NCBI GenBank assembly: GCA_965649765.1
Contig: OZ287754.1
Location: forward strand, 36,394,001 to 36,458,000
Direction: 5' to 3'
DNA length: 64,000 nucleotides
From: Bispira polyomma
Lineage: Eukaryota
This document shows, piece by piece, positions 13,101 to 26,000 of the stretch (position 1 is its first letter; each line of letters opens with the position of its first letter). The notes under the pieces were generated by a model. The model was given only the letters and a program-made list of their open reading frames with translations, was not told where the DNA came from and searched no databases. The position numbers and the translations under genes were made by a program.

Positions 13101-16100
13101 CTTTTATCAGGTAAGACTTTTTTGTCTGGGAAAAATGATTTTATTGTACAGTAGCTCCAGTCATTATGGCCTATTTTATAACACAGAAATCTAGTCATTA
13201 TGACCCATGTTATAATACAGAAATCTACAGAAATCTAGACATTATGACCCATGTTATAATACAGATATTTAGAGAAATGCAGACATTATGACCTATGTTA
13301 TAATATAAAAATCCAGTCATTATGAACCATGTTATAATACAGAAATCCAGTCATTATGGCCTATGTTATAATACAGAAATCTACAGAAATCCAGTCATAA
13401 TGACCCATGTTATAATATAGAAATCCAGTCATTATGGCCTATGTTATAATACAGAAATCTACAAAAATTCAGTCATTATGAACCATGTTATAATACAGAA
13501 ATCCAGTCATAATGACCTATGTTATAATACAGAAATCCAGTCATTATGGCCCATGTTATGGTACAGAAATCCAGTCATTATGGCCTATGTTATAATACAG
13601 AAATCTATAGAATGCAGACATTATGACCTATGTTATAATACAAAAATCCAGTCATTATGAGCCATGTTATAATACAGAAATCCAGTCATTATGGCCCATG
13701 TTATAATACAGAAATCCAGTCATTATGACCCATGTTATAATACATAATGACTGGATATACAACATAGACAAATGACAGTTTAATCTATTAAACAAAAATT
13801 TTGACCATAAAGATGCTAAAAGGAATAATGAACACATTATGTCAAACAGAAATAGGATCATTTGGACTAACTAATACGTAACTGGCCCTACACTACCAAA
13901 ATGTGGTACACCACCTGGGTCAAAGCAGTACATCACCAAAACCAAGAAGTATCTGAGAGGATGAAATCCAAACAAAAGACATTGCCTCTGATGAGACTGC
14001 TAAACATATAGTCAAAGTACTATTTACATAGTAAAGAGTAATTATGTGTATTAGGCTTTAACCATGTCTTATACTTTAAGCTTTATATTAGTTTTAGGTT
14101 TGGCGCTACTAACCTACTAGAGCATGTGATTTGAATATTCCAAAGTGGGGTTTGTTATGTTTCATTGCAGCCTGCATCTTTACAAAGAAATTTGGTCCAA
14201 GTGTTATGCTTGCTTTAATGACCTTTTGTTTTATCTGTTCTATAGATGAGCACAACGCCAGGAAGCTGGCATGGATTCCCAAAGAACTGCCATCGTATGT
14301 CAAACTGATTGTGTCCACAGATCCCAGTGATGAGTATGAATGCCTGACCCATCTACAGAGAATGCTACCAAAGAGTAATGACTTCTTCATAGAGGTCAGT
14401 GAGGTCAGCCAGAAAGATGCTACAGTCATACTGGATGAATGGTACTCAAGAACAAATAGGGAACTGGGTGTAGAGCAACGGATTTACCTGCTGGAATGCT
14501 TTAAGAAGTGCCCTTTGCCACTCTATTTGAAAATGTTGTATCTGGAATCACTGAAGTGGAAATCCCACACAGATGTCACACTGATCAAGGTCCATCCAAC
14601 GATCAAAGGAATGGCTGCAATTATGCTGACAAATCTTGAGAAAAAACATGGCGAACCAATTGTTAGAAGAGCCATAGGATATCTGACAGCTTCACGAAAT
14701 GGTTTATCTAGTACGGAAATGGAAGATGTTCTGTCATTGGATGAGGTTGTTATGGCAGATGTAACCCTCCATACAAAACTACAAAGACGTCGATTGCCAC
14801 CATTGTTATGGGCAAGATTGCGCTATGATTTAGAAAGTTACACAGAAGAGTCCAATTGTGATGATACTGTAACAATTCGTTGGGCATACAGTCAATTCAA
14901 GGATACCGCAGTTGAGAGGTATTTGAAAAACAAAGACAAAGCACCTTCCTACCATAAGGCACTAGCGGAATATTTCATGAATGCGTGGTATGAGAAACCA
15001 AAAGCTCATCCAGGAAATGAGAGGGGCAGCCTACGGTTTGTAATGGAGCAACCATTGTATACAGAAATATCACTAACCGAAGAAACACCAAAAGAACCTA
15101 ATAACAGCAGTGATGAGAGTAGTATGGACGAAAAGCAAGATAACATTCCAAAAGCCAGACAGTTTAACCTCAGAAGGCTTTCTGAGCTCCCATTCCATTT
15201 GCTGAAATCTGCCCAAAGTGAGCAGCTAAAGACATTTTGCCTTTGCAACTTTGAATTTGTATTGGCAAAGATCACTGCCTTTTCACTACGTGTGTTCTTT
15301 GAAGACCTTGAAATGGCAATGTCTGTTGAGCCTAATGACAAAGACTTAAAATTGTTGTCAGATACATTATTTCTATCCTCAAAGGTGTTGACAAATGACA
15401 CAAAGCAGCTACCATCTCAAATTGTAGGCAGACTTTATGAGATAATCAGTAAAGACTTACCAGTTGCTCCACAAGACCCTGTGAATTATCCCTTTTTGAA
15501 GTCTTTCCTCAAAGGAGCAAGGCAGCCATCAGTTCCAGCCATTGTACCATCTTCAACATGCCTTACTAATCCAGGGGGGACGCTATATGATCTTCTTTCT
15601 GGACACACTGAGCCAATTACTGCAGTGCATATTAGTCAGGATAGTCAATATGTCTTCACAGCCTCGCTAGATAATTCATTGAAGATCTGGGAGATGAGAA
15701 CGGGCAGAGTACTGAAAACCCTTGTAGGAGTTGGGAAAACAGTCAAACAAATTAGGCTTGGTCTTGATGATCAATTGATTATAACCTCTGAGGAAAATTG
15801 TGTGCGTGTTTGGGATAGGAAGTCTGGATTATGTTTGAAGAAACTCAAATTAGATGATCCATCTTCTCTTTGCATGGCCATGGATGGTGCTTGCGTTGTA
15901 GCTTTCACTCATGGAACAAATATGATGATTTCACTGGATCTGAACGGTATGAATATATTGACTCATACAGATGTCAAGGAAAACATGGAAAGTCAGATAC
16001 ACCAAGATAAATCTGTGATAGCTGCCATGCATGGAGTGGGACTGGCAGTGTTGTATTCTTTTAGAAGTTATTTTGAGGCTGTTGTCAGAAACGCGAGAAA

Positions 16101-17862
16101 TGGAGATATTGTTAAACGTCTGAAATGCAGAGATGGTGCCTCCATCCAAGGTCTGGCTTGCACAAATCAGTATTATATTTGTGCAGCAAGGTACAGATAT
16201 ATGAAGGTGCAGGAAGTTTACTTCATGGAAGTATTTGATAATACCAATGGAAAGCTTGTCAGAAGTGTCCGAGGTTGCTCTGACGATGATATAACAGATA
16301 TCTTTGTGAATAACATTGGCTCTCATGCCATAGGTTTGTGTACATCAGAGACTGCTAATACTTCAAATATTGCTGTATGGAATGTGGAAACATCGGATCA
16401 TAAACATCTGGCATCACATACACAAATTGCTTGTGCTGGTGCTTGTGTGGATCTAAAACAATGTCTGACCACGTGTGAAAATGAAAACAATATTCGTGTG
16501 TGGAACTTACTGGGTCTTGTAAACAAACCTGTCCCAAAGCAGCAAAGTAAAGCAGGTATTTCTGAACTTGTGAGAATATCAAGCCAAAATGACAAAATTC
16601 TTGCCAAATCCACAACCTATGGAAATTTGGCCCTATGGGATGTTACCAGTGGACAGTGTGTGGATAAAAGTATTAAGATTGGTACGATTCAAGACAAAAC
16701 TGACATACTAAAAATCTTTGACACTACTGCTGTGATTCTGACGGATAAGTCAATCACTACTGAAGGAGGCAACCCAATTTACCAAACCTTACTAAGTTTT
16801 GATCTGATTGAAAAAGAATTCACCAATCAAGTTAAAGATTGCTTTATTTTTGACTGTCCAGAGCATGAGTTTGTCCTCTTGGACAAAAACCATATTATGG
16901 GTCTGTCCGATGCAAGATCACATTTTATTGTATGGAGTGTTCAAACAGGGCAGCTGGCTTATCGAATTAAACCTAACTTCAGAGGTAAACAGAAGGAGCA
17001 GATATCACCAGTGGTCGCACGGAAGAAGAGAAACCACACAGCTAAGATGCTACCCTGGGAAAGGAGGCTGGAAACCAAGAGTGCACGACAAAGAAGGCAT
17101 GATGTTGACATAGAAGAACATAAAGAACAGTTGGATAATCTGAGAAAAGAGAAAGAAAATGCCATAGACCAATTTATAATCAGTGAGGATCATAGTATTA
17201 TTGTTGCAACTTTCTTTGCACACCATATGTGTGTTTTAGATGTTAAAACTCAAGAACATATACAGACGCTAGAGAACTATGACTCCATGCTGTTACTCTA
17301 CATTGCTGCCCTCACACCTGATGGATCTCACCTGGTCCATGCAAACTATGATGAAGAAAGCAAGACCAGCTATCTCACCTTGTGGCATTGCCGTTCTGGT
17401 GACATTGTCCGAAGAATCCGAAACGAGAAAGGTATAGGCGCAGTGGCAGTTAATGATACTGCAACAAAGATTGTATTTGGCAAAGCTAATCAGGAGCTTA
17501 GAATATGGGAGCCTCATGTTAGGAGGAATCCTGTGCGAAGAATATATGGTTATAGCCAGCTTAGATTTGGCGTGGATAGCCAGATCCATATTACAGAAAA
17601 TGACACCAGGGCTGTTGTATTTGCGGGTGATGTGTCTCTGTGGGACCTGAACAAAGAGGTGTTGCTCTCTGTTTTTACACCTGAAGCAAAAATTCAGTGT
17701 TTTGATGTTGCTTTGAGTGGCAAGGTCATCATGTTTGGTCTGAAAGATTCTGCAGATTTAGTTTTCATGAAACTCCGATCTAAGGAGATATATGATGCAG
17801 ATATTTCTGAGGATGAGGATGAAGTTGAGGAAAACAGTGAAAATGAAACTGAGGAGAATTAA
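1157..17862 (+). CDS. NACHT and WD-repeat domain protein, NWD1/NWD2-like STAND protein (DUF4062-like N-domain + NACHT + WD40); 5' end lies upstream of the window
   Basis: Exons 1157-1234, 1839-1991, 2928-3020, 4084-4765, 5427-5629, 6424-6953, 7608-7765, 9467-9681, 10623-10849, 11407-11565, 12467-12596, 13011-13110, 14246-17862. All junctions are GT-AG and phase-compatible; total 6345 nt = 2114 aa + stop. Motifs: MFIHSCGIDTEVERSYLIETVYPKLRQ..IVDLLWG (DUF4062-like), SQKYG, WYVLDKNSVP..Y.LEPISS, FYGR...PLVVHGKPGSGITS (Walker A region), LIIFIDSLH (Walker B region), CPLPLYLK, GLS..EMEDVLSLDE, RRLPPLLWARLR, GH..PIT...TASLDNSLKIWE (WD40). The first three exons and the 9681 donor are less certain. 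Confidence 0.88.
1970..2185 (+). repeat. ~41-bp tandem repeat (5 copies) that includes the exon end and 5' splice site
   Basis: Unit 'ctcactgcatgaccaggatccagtaagtattgtcatctcat'. GT(A/G)AGT copies at 1992, 2033, 2075, 2126, 2167. Confidence 0.9.
2195..2265 (-). mobile_element. L2/CR1 LINE 3'-end remnant with (TTAGA)n tail
   Basis: Reverse complement 'gcgccttagaat...ttaagcgctataaaagt..tagattagattag' matches the LINE 3' end at 56250-56312. Confidence 0.65.
7002..7172. mobile_element. Tc1/mariner (pogo-like) MITE
   Basis: TIRs CAGTCAAAC(T/C)TG ... CAGGTTTGACTG, flanked by TA on both sides. Confidence 0.65.
10330..10485 (+). mobile_element. L2/CR1 LINE 3'-UTR remnant with (AAT)n tail
   Basis: 'tccatggactac..gattggctgact.attct.ttgttgc.ctttagaagat.cctagcat.aataaagcgcgttaaaaat..ataataataat' matches the reverse complement of 50340-50445. 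A shorter copy lies at ~3210-3255. Confidence 0.75.
11657..11924. mobile_element. Two abutting MITEs (TIRs ATAGATAAACACC and TATAAAACCCAA)
   Basis: 11657-11736 is bounded by atagataaacacc/ggtgtttatctat. 11737-11924 is bounded by tataaaacccaa/ttgggttttat. Both are homologous to 28406-28611. Confidence 0.6.
13157..13745. repeat. 34-bp intronic minisatellite (~16 copies, some with a 10-bp ctacagaaat insert)
   Basis: Unit 'ccagtcattatg(g/a)cc(c/t)atgttataatacagaaat'. Confidence 0.95.
14246..17862 (+). CDS. Large terminal exon of the NWD-like gene (NACHT helical/winged-helix region + WD40 propellers + acidic tail)
   Basis: Long ORF. Acceptor 'ttttatctgttctatag' ends at 14245 and matches the phase-1 donor at 13110. 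Multiple WD40 repeats; ends EDEDEVEENSENETEEN*. Confidence 0.93.
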
Positions 17863-18479
17863 TGAATAATTTAAATCTTGCCCTATTTAAATGAATTGTC
17901 TGTAACTATAAAGACTGTTGTTTTGGTATCTACATTTGTACAATGAAAAGGAAAAAAAATGTGCTATTGACTATTGCATTAGTCTGCTTCAGTATTACTA
18001 ATCCTTGGCTGTTTATTTTCTTAAAGTTTTCTATATTTTAATTATTGTGTATATTATTGTGTGTATGAAGCTTGTTTTTGTGTGATAGGTTTCATTTTTA
18101 AATGTTTGGACAGAAGGCTGTCTTTTAATTTCCAATGAAGTACAAGCTTGAGGACTTTATTTGTATTATAAAGACTGACAATCGTATATTTTAAGGCAAA
18201 TAATAAGATATTTTTCAACTTATTGTGAACTATATTTATACTTACTGACGGAATTATTTATCCATACTTTATTCTCCCAGATGAAATACGGCTACAAATT
18301 GTGCACTGATGGCTTTTGTGTTTGACTTGCGGTCTTTCCAATGTCTTGTTTTCCTCCACAAGTTGCGGTATCTTGCATTGCCATGATGTTTGCTTTAATG
18401 GTTCTGCTGTGTTACCTTCAAATTGTGCTCTTTATGATTGTACAGTTTAAGTTTTATTATATGAATCCCTATTATCCAC

Positions 18480-18680
18480 AGATTTACCTTCTGGAAGGAG
18501 TTTATGTTTTTATCCATGTCTAAGTTTGTTTGTTTACCACCAGGACAAGACAAAAACTACTGAACCAATTTTTATGAGATTTGATTGAGGAATGGGAAAT
18601 GAGCCAAGGAAAAGTTCACTAAATTGTAAACTATATCCGGGCAAAAAGTTGGATCTAGGATTTTTTCCATCTGCAAAGTT
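18480..18680. mobile_element. Probable Helentron-associated/MITE-type dispersed repeat remnant
   Basis: 'gtttgtttgtt..ccaggac..acaaaaactactgaaccaatttt' signature. Reverse-complement-like copies occur at ~28770-28880 and ~30810-30880. Confidence 0.35.
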
Positions 18681-20012
18681 TATATTATCAGATGATTGAA
18701 AAAATTAAGTTACATTTTCTGCGTTTTAAATATTCTATTATCAGAAGACATTATCATATTTCCAAGGTGTTTCCATAATATAGCTTCTGTTCTTCCATTT
18801 TTGCTGAAGTTTCAAGAAGAGGAAAAACAATATTTCAATATATTGCAAAGGTACTGATGTTAACAAATTAGAATTTTCTAATTAAAGTATTTCAAAACAT
18901 ATTGAATCAGTATGAAAAAAACCTTTTGGGATATAAGTCTTGTAACTTTTATGAATCAGCTGTTATTGACCAATTGTAATATAATGATTAGTTGTGTTTT
19001 ATATATTTATGATAGTTGTATATATCTTTGTTCAACTATAACAGACATAACATGTAAACACTAGTTTTTGCATGCGTGTTACTTAGAGTTATGGTTTTTG
19101 TATAACTTATATTGACACTATAGTGGTATCAGATGTTGGCAAACTATGGACACTGAAGGAGAGATTTCACCAGAACCAGGTTCTCCTGACATTTGTATCA
19201 GCACGGGTATTGTTGTTGTTGTTTTGTTATTATTAGGACTTTTGAAAATAAAAAAAAAATAAGAATAATATTAAGTATTCTTAATGTTATTAAATTACAA
19301 AACTTTTTTTTTTTTGGACAAATTATATAAAATTGATAACAACGTCCATATTTAGTAGGTTAGATTGCAATATTGTACAACTTTTGCGTTAGTTTTCAAC
19401 ACAATGCGCAAAAGTTTACCATATTGCTAAAAAAACTGTAATGACCTTGGAATTAGGGCCATTCAAATGAGTTTACAAACTCACATTCATTTGCATGTCT
19501 ACATTTGAATGTCACATGTCTTCACTGTTGTAGGGTATATACTCTACAGTTATATGAGTGAATCTCCCACTGTGGCTTAGTGGGTGACACAATCACTTTT
19601 AAAGACAGTGACCCTTTGTTTTATCCCAATCTGGATTTCCACGTATAAATAAGATGACCATAGTCCTCTGTGATTGAGTCTGTCCTCATTATGCCCAAGG
19701 CCCAAATTGATTCGGGAGGGGGCATAATGCTTTTAGTCCATCTGTCTATGAACAAAATGTAACAAAAACTGAACACTTAAGTGTCTTTAATGTTGTAGTA
19801 GGTCATTTATATTTGGCAAAAGGATAGATATGACCTTGACATTGTATGAGTTAGGTGGAATAATTGCACTATAAAGTTGATTTCGGGGTATTCTGACTTA
19901 AAACTTAGACTTTAAGATGTGACACTTTTTCGCCTTTAATATTGGTATAGTAAAATATATGACCCTTACATTGAAAATTTGTGTAATCTCATATTTGAAT
20001 TGATAAGTCTTA

Positions 20013-20240
20013 AGGCCTGTTCTCATTCAGACGGGCGTCAGTGACCCTTCGTTACAGGAGGTTACACCACATATATTGCCCGATCAGAAGCAAAGACATA
20101 AGAGGCAATAACAAAAACCCACTGATACATCACTAGTCGTGACAAAAGTACACTAACTGCTACAAATTGCAACTAACGCGAAATGAGCCACAACGAGCCA
20201 TAATGAGCCAACACAAACTGCTACTGATGAAAAACGATCC
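20013..20240. mobile_element. PIF/Harbinger-type MITE end (partial)
   Basis: TTA followed by AGGCCTGTTCTCATT, a Harbinger-like TIR, with short subterminal repeats (gagccac/gagccat/gagccaa). No partner TIR found. Confidence 0.3.
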
Positions 20241-23060
20241 AAAACTAACCAAGATGTATACCCCTCCGCCTACTCCCCCCCCAAAAAAAAAACAAAACAA
20301 AAAAACTTGATGGTCCCACTAATCTTTACTGATAACAATGAAAACTTCCGAATTGCTCCTAATGTAGACAAATCTGAAATGAAGTTGAAACCTACTGTCA
20401 CTGATCGTTTGCGGTGCGTATTACAACCTTCTTTTAAATATAAACCATTGTTACAGAAATACATTTACTGATCTCTATGATAGAGCATCTGCCGTGTTGA
20501 GGGACACATTTTTATTGTACTGGGAAACTCCTGTACAGGCAAAACCTTCTTGAGAGATCACCTATGAGTTCCTGTATAAAAAACTCATTTCATTTTCCAA
20601 GAGTAATTTCCAATAATAATAATAATTAACCTCTATGAAAAATATCACCTAGCAATAAAGACCGCTTTTTAGCTTCCCTTGGGTAGTCCCTTGCATATAT
20701 ATTCATAATCAGTGCTGCCTCTTTCTGCTTTCAAGAATTCAAAGCACTAATTTTACTCTTTCTCAACTGCACAGCTGCCGTCATCTAGCATCAGTAACTA
20801 CCAATCCCCTAAATGAAGTCCTCATTATTACAACATAATGTGGAAGCGTTTTCTTAAGTGCTTTTGAACTTTGGAATTATGCTATTGCACATTCAAGTTT
20901 TACTGGTAGTTTTCTATATTAATTAGGAATTAATGAAGATTATTACCATAACTTACTCCCTGGTAAAAATATAGTGGAACTCTAGATGTAGACCACCAAA
21001 AGAATCTGTATATGCTAACTAAAGGTTACTTCATCATTAATCAGTACAAGGCATACATGAGACATTTAAGTAGTTAACAAGACAATGATCATTAATTCAT
21101 TTTGAGGTGGCCTTAATCTGAATGTATACAATAAACTAGCGGAAACCATATTATAGATACTTGAAAATCATTACAATTGTTTGTTAACCTATGAACATAC
21201 ATGTTGTGGGATGAAGGTGCCCTCCCAATATCAGTGTGCGAGTTCTCATTAACAGTTGAACCCATTTAAGTCAAACCTAAAGAGATTTACTTAAACATGA
21301 TTTTTCCAGAAAATGTGTAACCATATATGTTTATACACATAAAATTGAAATTGAATGAACAGAGTTCTACTTTAATGGGTTTATGGGACTGTCAATTATT
21401 TCAGCACCAAGGAAATCAACAGCTTACATCCTTTGACTCAGATTTCTTTGAGGTAGTAAATAAAAAAGTAAACTGGACACATCTATAGAATATAAAAATA
21501 AGTCATCTGTTCTATAGAATTAGTGACGACTGTGTGTTGTTTTTCAGTATGACTAAATTATGAACATTTGGCATCCATTGATTGGGTTCTTTGTAAGTTT
21601 TTACAATAAAGATCCAAAATATTTCTTCAGAGCAGGTGTAGATTATCAATAACTTATATTATGTAAAAATGTGTTACCTAAATTTTGAGCATGGAAACTT
21701 GTTATATTTTGTATCTGTATTGCACTTAGTCTTTGTAATTTAAAAACGAAAACATATTTTTGGTTTTTCCGGAAAATCTAGGTAATTTATAGTAGTATTT
21801 TTATTCCAGTTAACGAAATGAACAATATTTTATTTTACACTTCACACGATACAGAGGGTGATCTTACATTAGTTCTTCCAATGGTATTTGTCAGGGGGGA
21901 AACAGAAATCAATAAAACATATGACTTTGGTCTTTCAAAGTCTTTAAAATATTTTGTCTTTTCTGCCTGCTGTCATTTGTGAAAGGAACAGCGCTGGCAA
22001 TCAGGTATTTAGTGCATACATTTCTAATCCTTGTCTAATTTTGTCATACACCTCCGGTACTCAAATTTATGATATTTAACTTAGATTATGGATAGACTGA
22101 GATTCTGGATAGACATTTAGGATCTGTGTTATGTTGTGGTATTTGCAATGGAGTGTAATTACTATTTTTCAGGAGATTAACTGACTTGGTGGCACAGCTC
22201 TTGTTAGTTTGCCAACATTAGGCAGAACAAATGGAGAACCAAGGAACCACTCCAATATGCAATACATACAAAACTTAAACAATTATAAACACCAGAAGAA
22301 GGTTCTAGAATACATTTTGACTATATTGTAGATAAAAAAAAGTAAAATCGCATCCAATTAAAATATAGTTAATACATATGAAAGCTTAAGTCGCACCGTT
22401 AATCTTGAAAGAAAGATTACAGTAAAGAAAACATATGTGTTTGTAGCTATAACATATCATGCTAGCTGTGCTATCTTGGCACAGAGTGACTACTGTATCA
22501 AATATTTCTATTCTTTGACCAGTATATTGGCCAAAAAGAGAAAAGAATTGGCAATCTAACAAAAGCTAAGTGAGATAACAGTTTTGTTGCTACAACTTAT
22601 GCAATAAAATTGTCTGTTTTTTAAACTCCACGTGTCGCCCTCAGAAAAAATATTATATCGCAGCATGCATACAAAATCTGTCTAATATATTATTACAATA
22701 AGGACAGTTTTGGAGTGGTAAAGTAACAATATTTGTGGTTTTTTTCTAATATATTAGTGGCATTTAGACAGTTTTAAAGTTGTGAGGCAAGCACGTCTAT
22801 GTTTTCTTCTAATAAATTAGTGCCATTGGACAGTTTCGAAGTAGGTAAAGTTAACACAGTATGTTCTATTCCAACATATAATTACCATTTGGACAGTTCT
22901 TAATCACTCATGTAAGCACATTTATGTTTTTGTGTTCATACTTTCAAAGCACTACTTTACCTGTGAAAGTGTCATGAATATATGCATTTCAAAATCATGA
23001 TCTTGTTCTTGTAGAAAACACTGAGGACACACCAATCAGAATTGTATTCAACTTGTTAAG

Positions 23061-26000
23061 ATGAAGACCGCTCTTTTTGCTACTCTGCTTCTCAGTGCGG
23101 CGGTGTGGTGGACAGGCATGGCCGATTTAACAGTACCCAGATGTGACCAGAAGGACTGTCAGTGTACACCCCCAAACATCGAGTCATTTGACGTGTATGA
23201 AACAAAAGAGGTCAACGGCAACTACTGCTATTGCTTATGTGGCAAGGTAAGTGTAAATGTGATGCAATATCAAATGTAGACACAACAAAAATGTTTGAAA
23301 CTTGCTTATTTTCATGTTCCAGTGTAAGGCTTGAAATGGTCTAGATTTATACTATCTCTGTTCTAACACAGTGGAGAGTGTGACACGAAAATAGAACTCA
23401 AATAACATCAAGGCCATCTATTCCAGTTTACACCAAACCTATTACATTTTTAATGGGACATTTACAATTGCGAGATTTTAGATATCTGAAAATTTTAGAC
23501 ATCTGAAAATCTCCACTAGGATATACATGTTAATGTATGTCATTGTCAGTTTAAAGTTCAGAGGCAAAGCACTTCAACCCCACGGAAATGTACATAATAT
23601 GAGATTCTCTTCTGCTGGACCATCACTATTTGACCTAGCATATATACATTTATATTAAAGTACACAAGAGTTTTTAAAATATATGGTGATGTACTTGGTA
23701 ATTAATAATACAGTGAGGTTTCTATCACACAAACACTTTTATAGACAAACGTATTGTTGTAAGTTGCTTTCTACCATTGAAATGGCATTTTTCATAAACT
23801 ACAACTGTGGAAAACTAAATTTAAAATTCACTTGTAGCATTTTCGGTGATCAGGATTTATTACACACCACTGGCCAAATGGCCGCAGTAGGGGATATAGA
23901 ATTGCACCACGTCTGTTTCACTATTTATCTGACATTTGACTAAAGCCTAAATGTTTAAAAAATGATAATCATATTTTGTATGGAGCTTTATTATGTTCAT
24001 ACAACACCAGTTCCAAGTTTTCCATCGTAACTGAAAAACAAGATGGCCGCCATTGTGATATTTTAAAACTATGGTCTATGCTTATTTAAAAGCAAAGAGG
24101 ATAATGTTGAGCGTAAAAAAGTGTGAATATTTTGAAAACGTAACGAAATAGGGCAATTTTGAACCAATTTTCGACCAACTAGGGTAGAAATTTTGTATTT
24201 TTTATTGAAAATTTCCAAATTCCTATTTCCCACAAAAACTCTTACATTACAAAATGAATTTGTTATAACTAAATAATGAAGTAGAGTAGAAGGACCATAA
24301 TAATTGGTTTGTGTGAATGAGATAATTATCTATCATTATGTCAGTATAACAAGACGTTCTGGTTTTATTGAGATAATTAAGTTGTTAGAATGGGCTTATC
24401 ATCTCATATCAGGTTGTGACCAGGTCATCTTGTTTTTCAAACTTAATTAAAACTTTATGACAAGGTCATCTCATTCCCACAACTTAATTCTTTTCTTCCT
24501 ATGACTTGCTTATCTCGTTATAACAGCGCTAGCATGGGAAATTGCGATTGTTATGTTTGTACAGAAGTTTGAGGTCTGGCATGTTCACAAATTGGACTAA
24601 CTGGTTAATATTTTCAGACACTGGGTAAAGAATGCAATACAGAGGGGACATGTGCAAAGTGTCTGATTTGTATGGCTGGCTGTGACAACCCATCAACAAG
24701 TATTGGTGTGTGCAAAGGTAAGACTGGCAAAACTTTAGTGTCAGAGTGAGTCAGTCACCACCCCCCCCCCCCTCCTTTTAATATACAGTTACCCCAGTTG
24801 ACAACCTACCTACTGATAAGGGGCCTATTGGGAAACACACTCACACTCGTGAAGTAACACAGAACTAATGTTGGCTCTATCACAGCCCTAATCTCCCACG
24901 AAAAGCAGATACATGGTGGCTCGGCTGATCACTTAAAATTATAGTTCACTGTCACTAGGTCCTATCCCCAGTGTCAGGATATAGAACCTTAAAGATATTG
25001 ATGTATCATGTCCTCCTAAGCCTCTATCATCAGTTAGTTTGGTGACAGTTATTGGTACTGATTGATTGTACAAAAGTATACTTATTTAAGCCTTGGCAAA
25101 GTCCCTTTGTTAATACTGCCCCTGTTTTATTTTCTTTCAAGAAAAAGTATCAGAGTACATAAATTGCACCCAGTACCAGGAACCCATTTGTAAGGAAGAA
25201 ACCAACTATGAGGTGCAGTGTGTGAACAGAGTCTTCCAGTGTTCTGACGAATACATCAATGGCTTCAGTGCCAAAAATAGTCAAGGGGACGTGGAGACAT
25301 TTCAGAATGAGTGAGTCAAGTTTTTACTATGATGTTTACCCACTACCCAGCACCACAGCCCCTCTGCTTACTGTGTATCTGTTAAAGCACACTAGCCAAC
25401 CCTTTACTGGGTGCCAAAGATTACAAGACAGGGCACACACGAACCCACTACTTCCACATCACCGGATTCACACTCTACAAACTAAGCTATAATAGAAATA
25501 TCTATCAGCCAAGTCAGTAGTACTTATTGTTTCATTTTATTGAAAGCATTTATATAGCACAACCTAATTGGTGACAGTATGCCATCCTTTTGTGTGATAT
25601 ATAGTTAGATATAACACAGCAATAGCTGTTACAGAGCACCTAATAGGTGACAGCATGCCATCCTCTTGTGTGATATATAGTTAGATGTAACACAGCAATA
25701 GCTGTTACAGAGGACCTAATAGGTGACAGTATGCCATTCTCTTGTGTGATATATAGTTAGATGTAACACAAAAATAGCTGTTACAGAGCACCTAATAGGT
25801 GACAGTATGCCATTCTCTTGTGTAATATATAGTTAGATATAACACAGCAATAACTGTTACAGAGCACCTAATAGGTGACAGCATGCCATCCTCTTGTGTG
25901 ATATATAGTTAGATATAACACAGCAATAGCTGTTACAGAGCACCTAATAGGTGACAGCATGCCATCCTCTTGTGTGATATATAGTTAGATGTAACACAGC

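Noticed and set aside
14131-14245. Hydrophobic N-terminus of the 1243-aa ORF as a signal/TM segment of a stand-alone gene
   Set aside because: It is intron sequence (polypyrimidine tract). The acceptor at 14245 joins in phase to the upstream NACHT exons.
15006-17650. Antisense and alternative-frame ORFs inside the NWD terminal exon
   Set aside because: Shadow ORFs of a long coding exon with no recognisable motifs.
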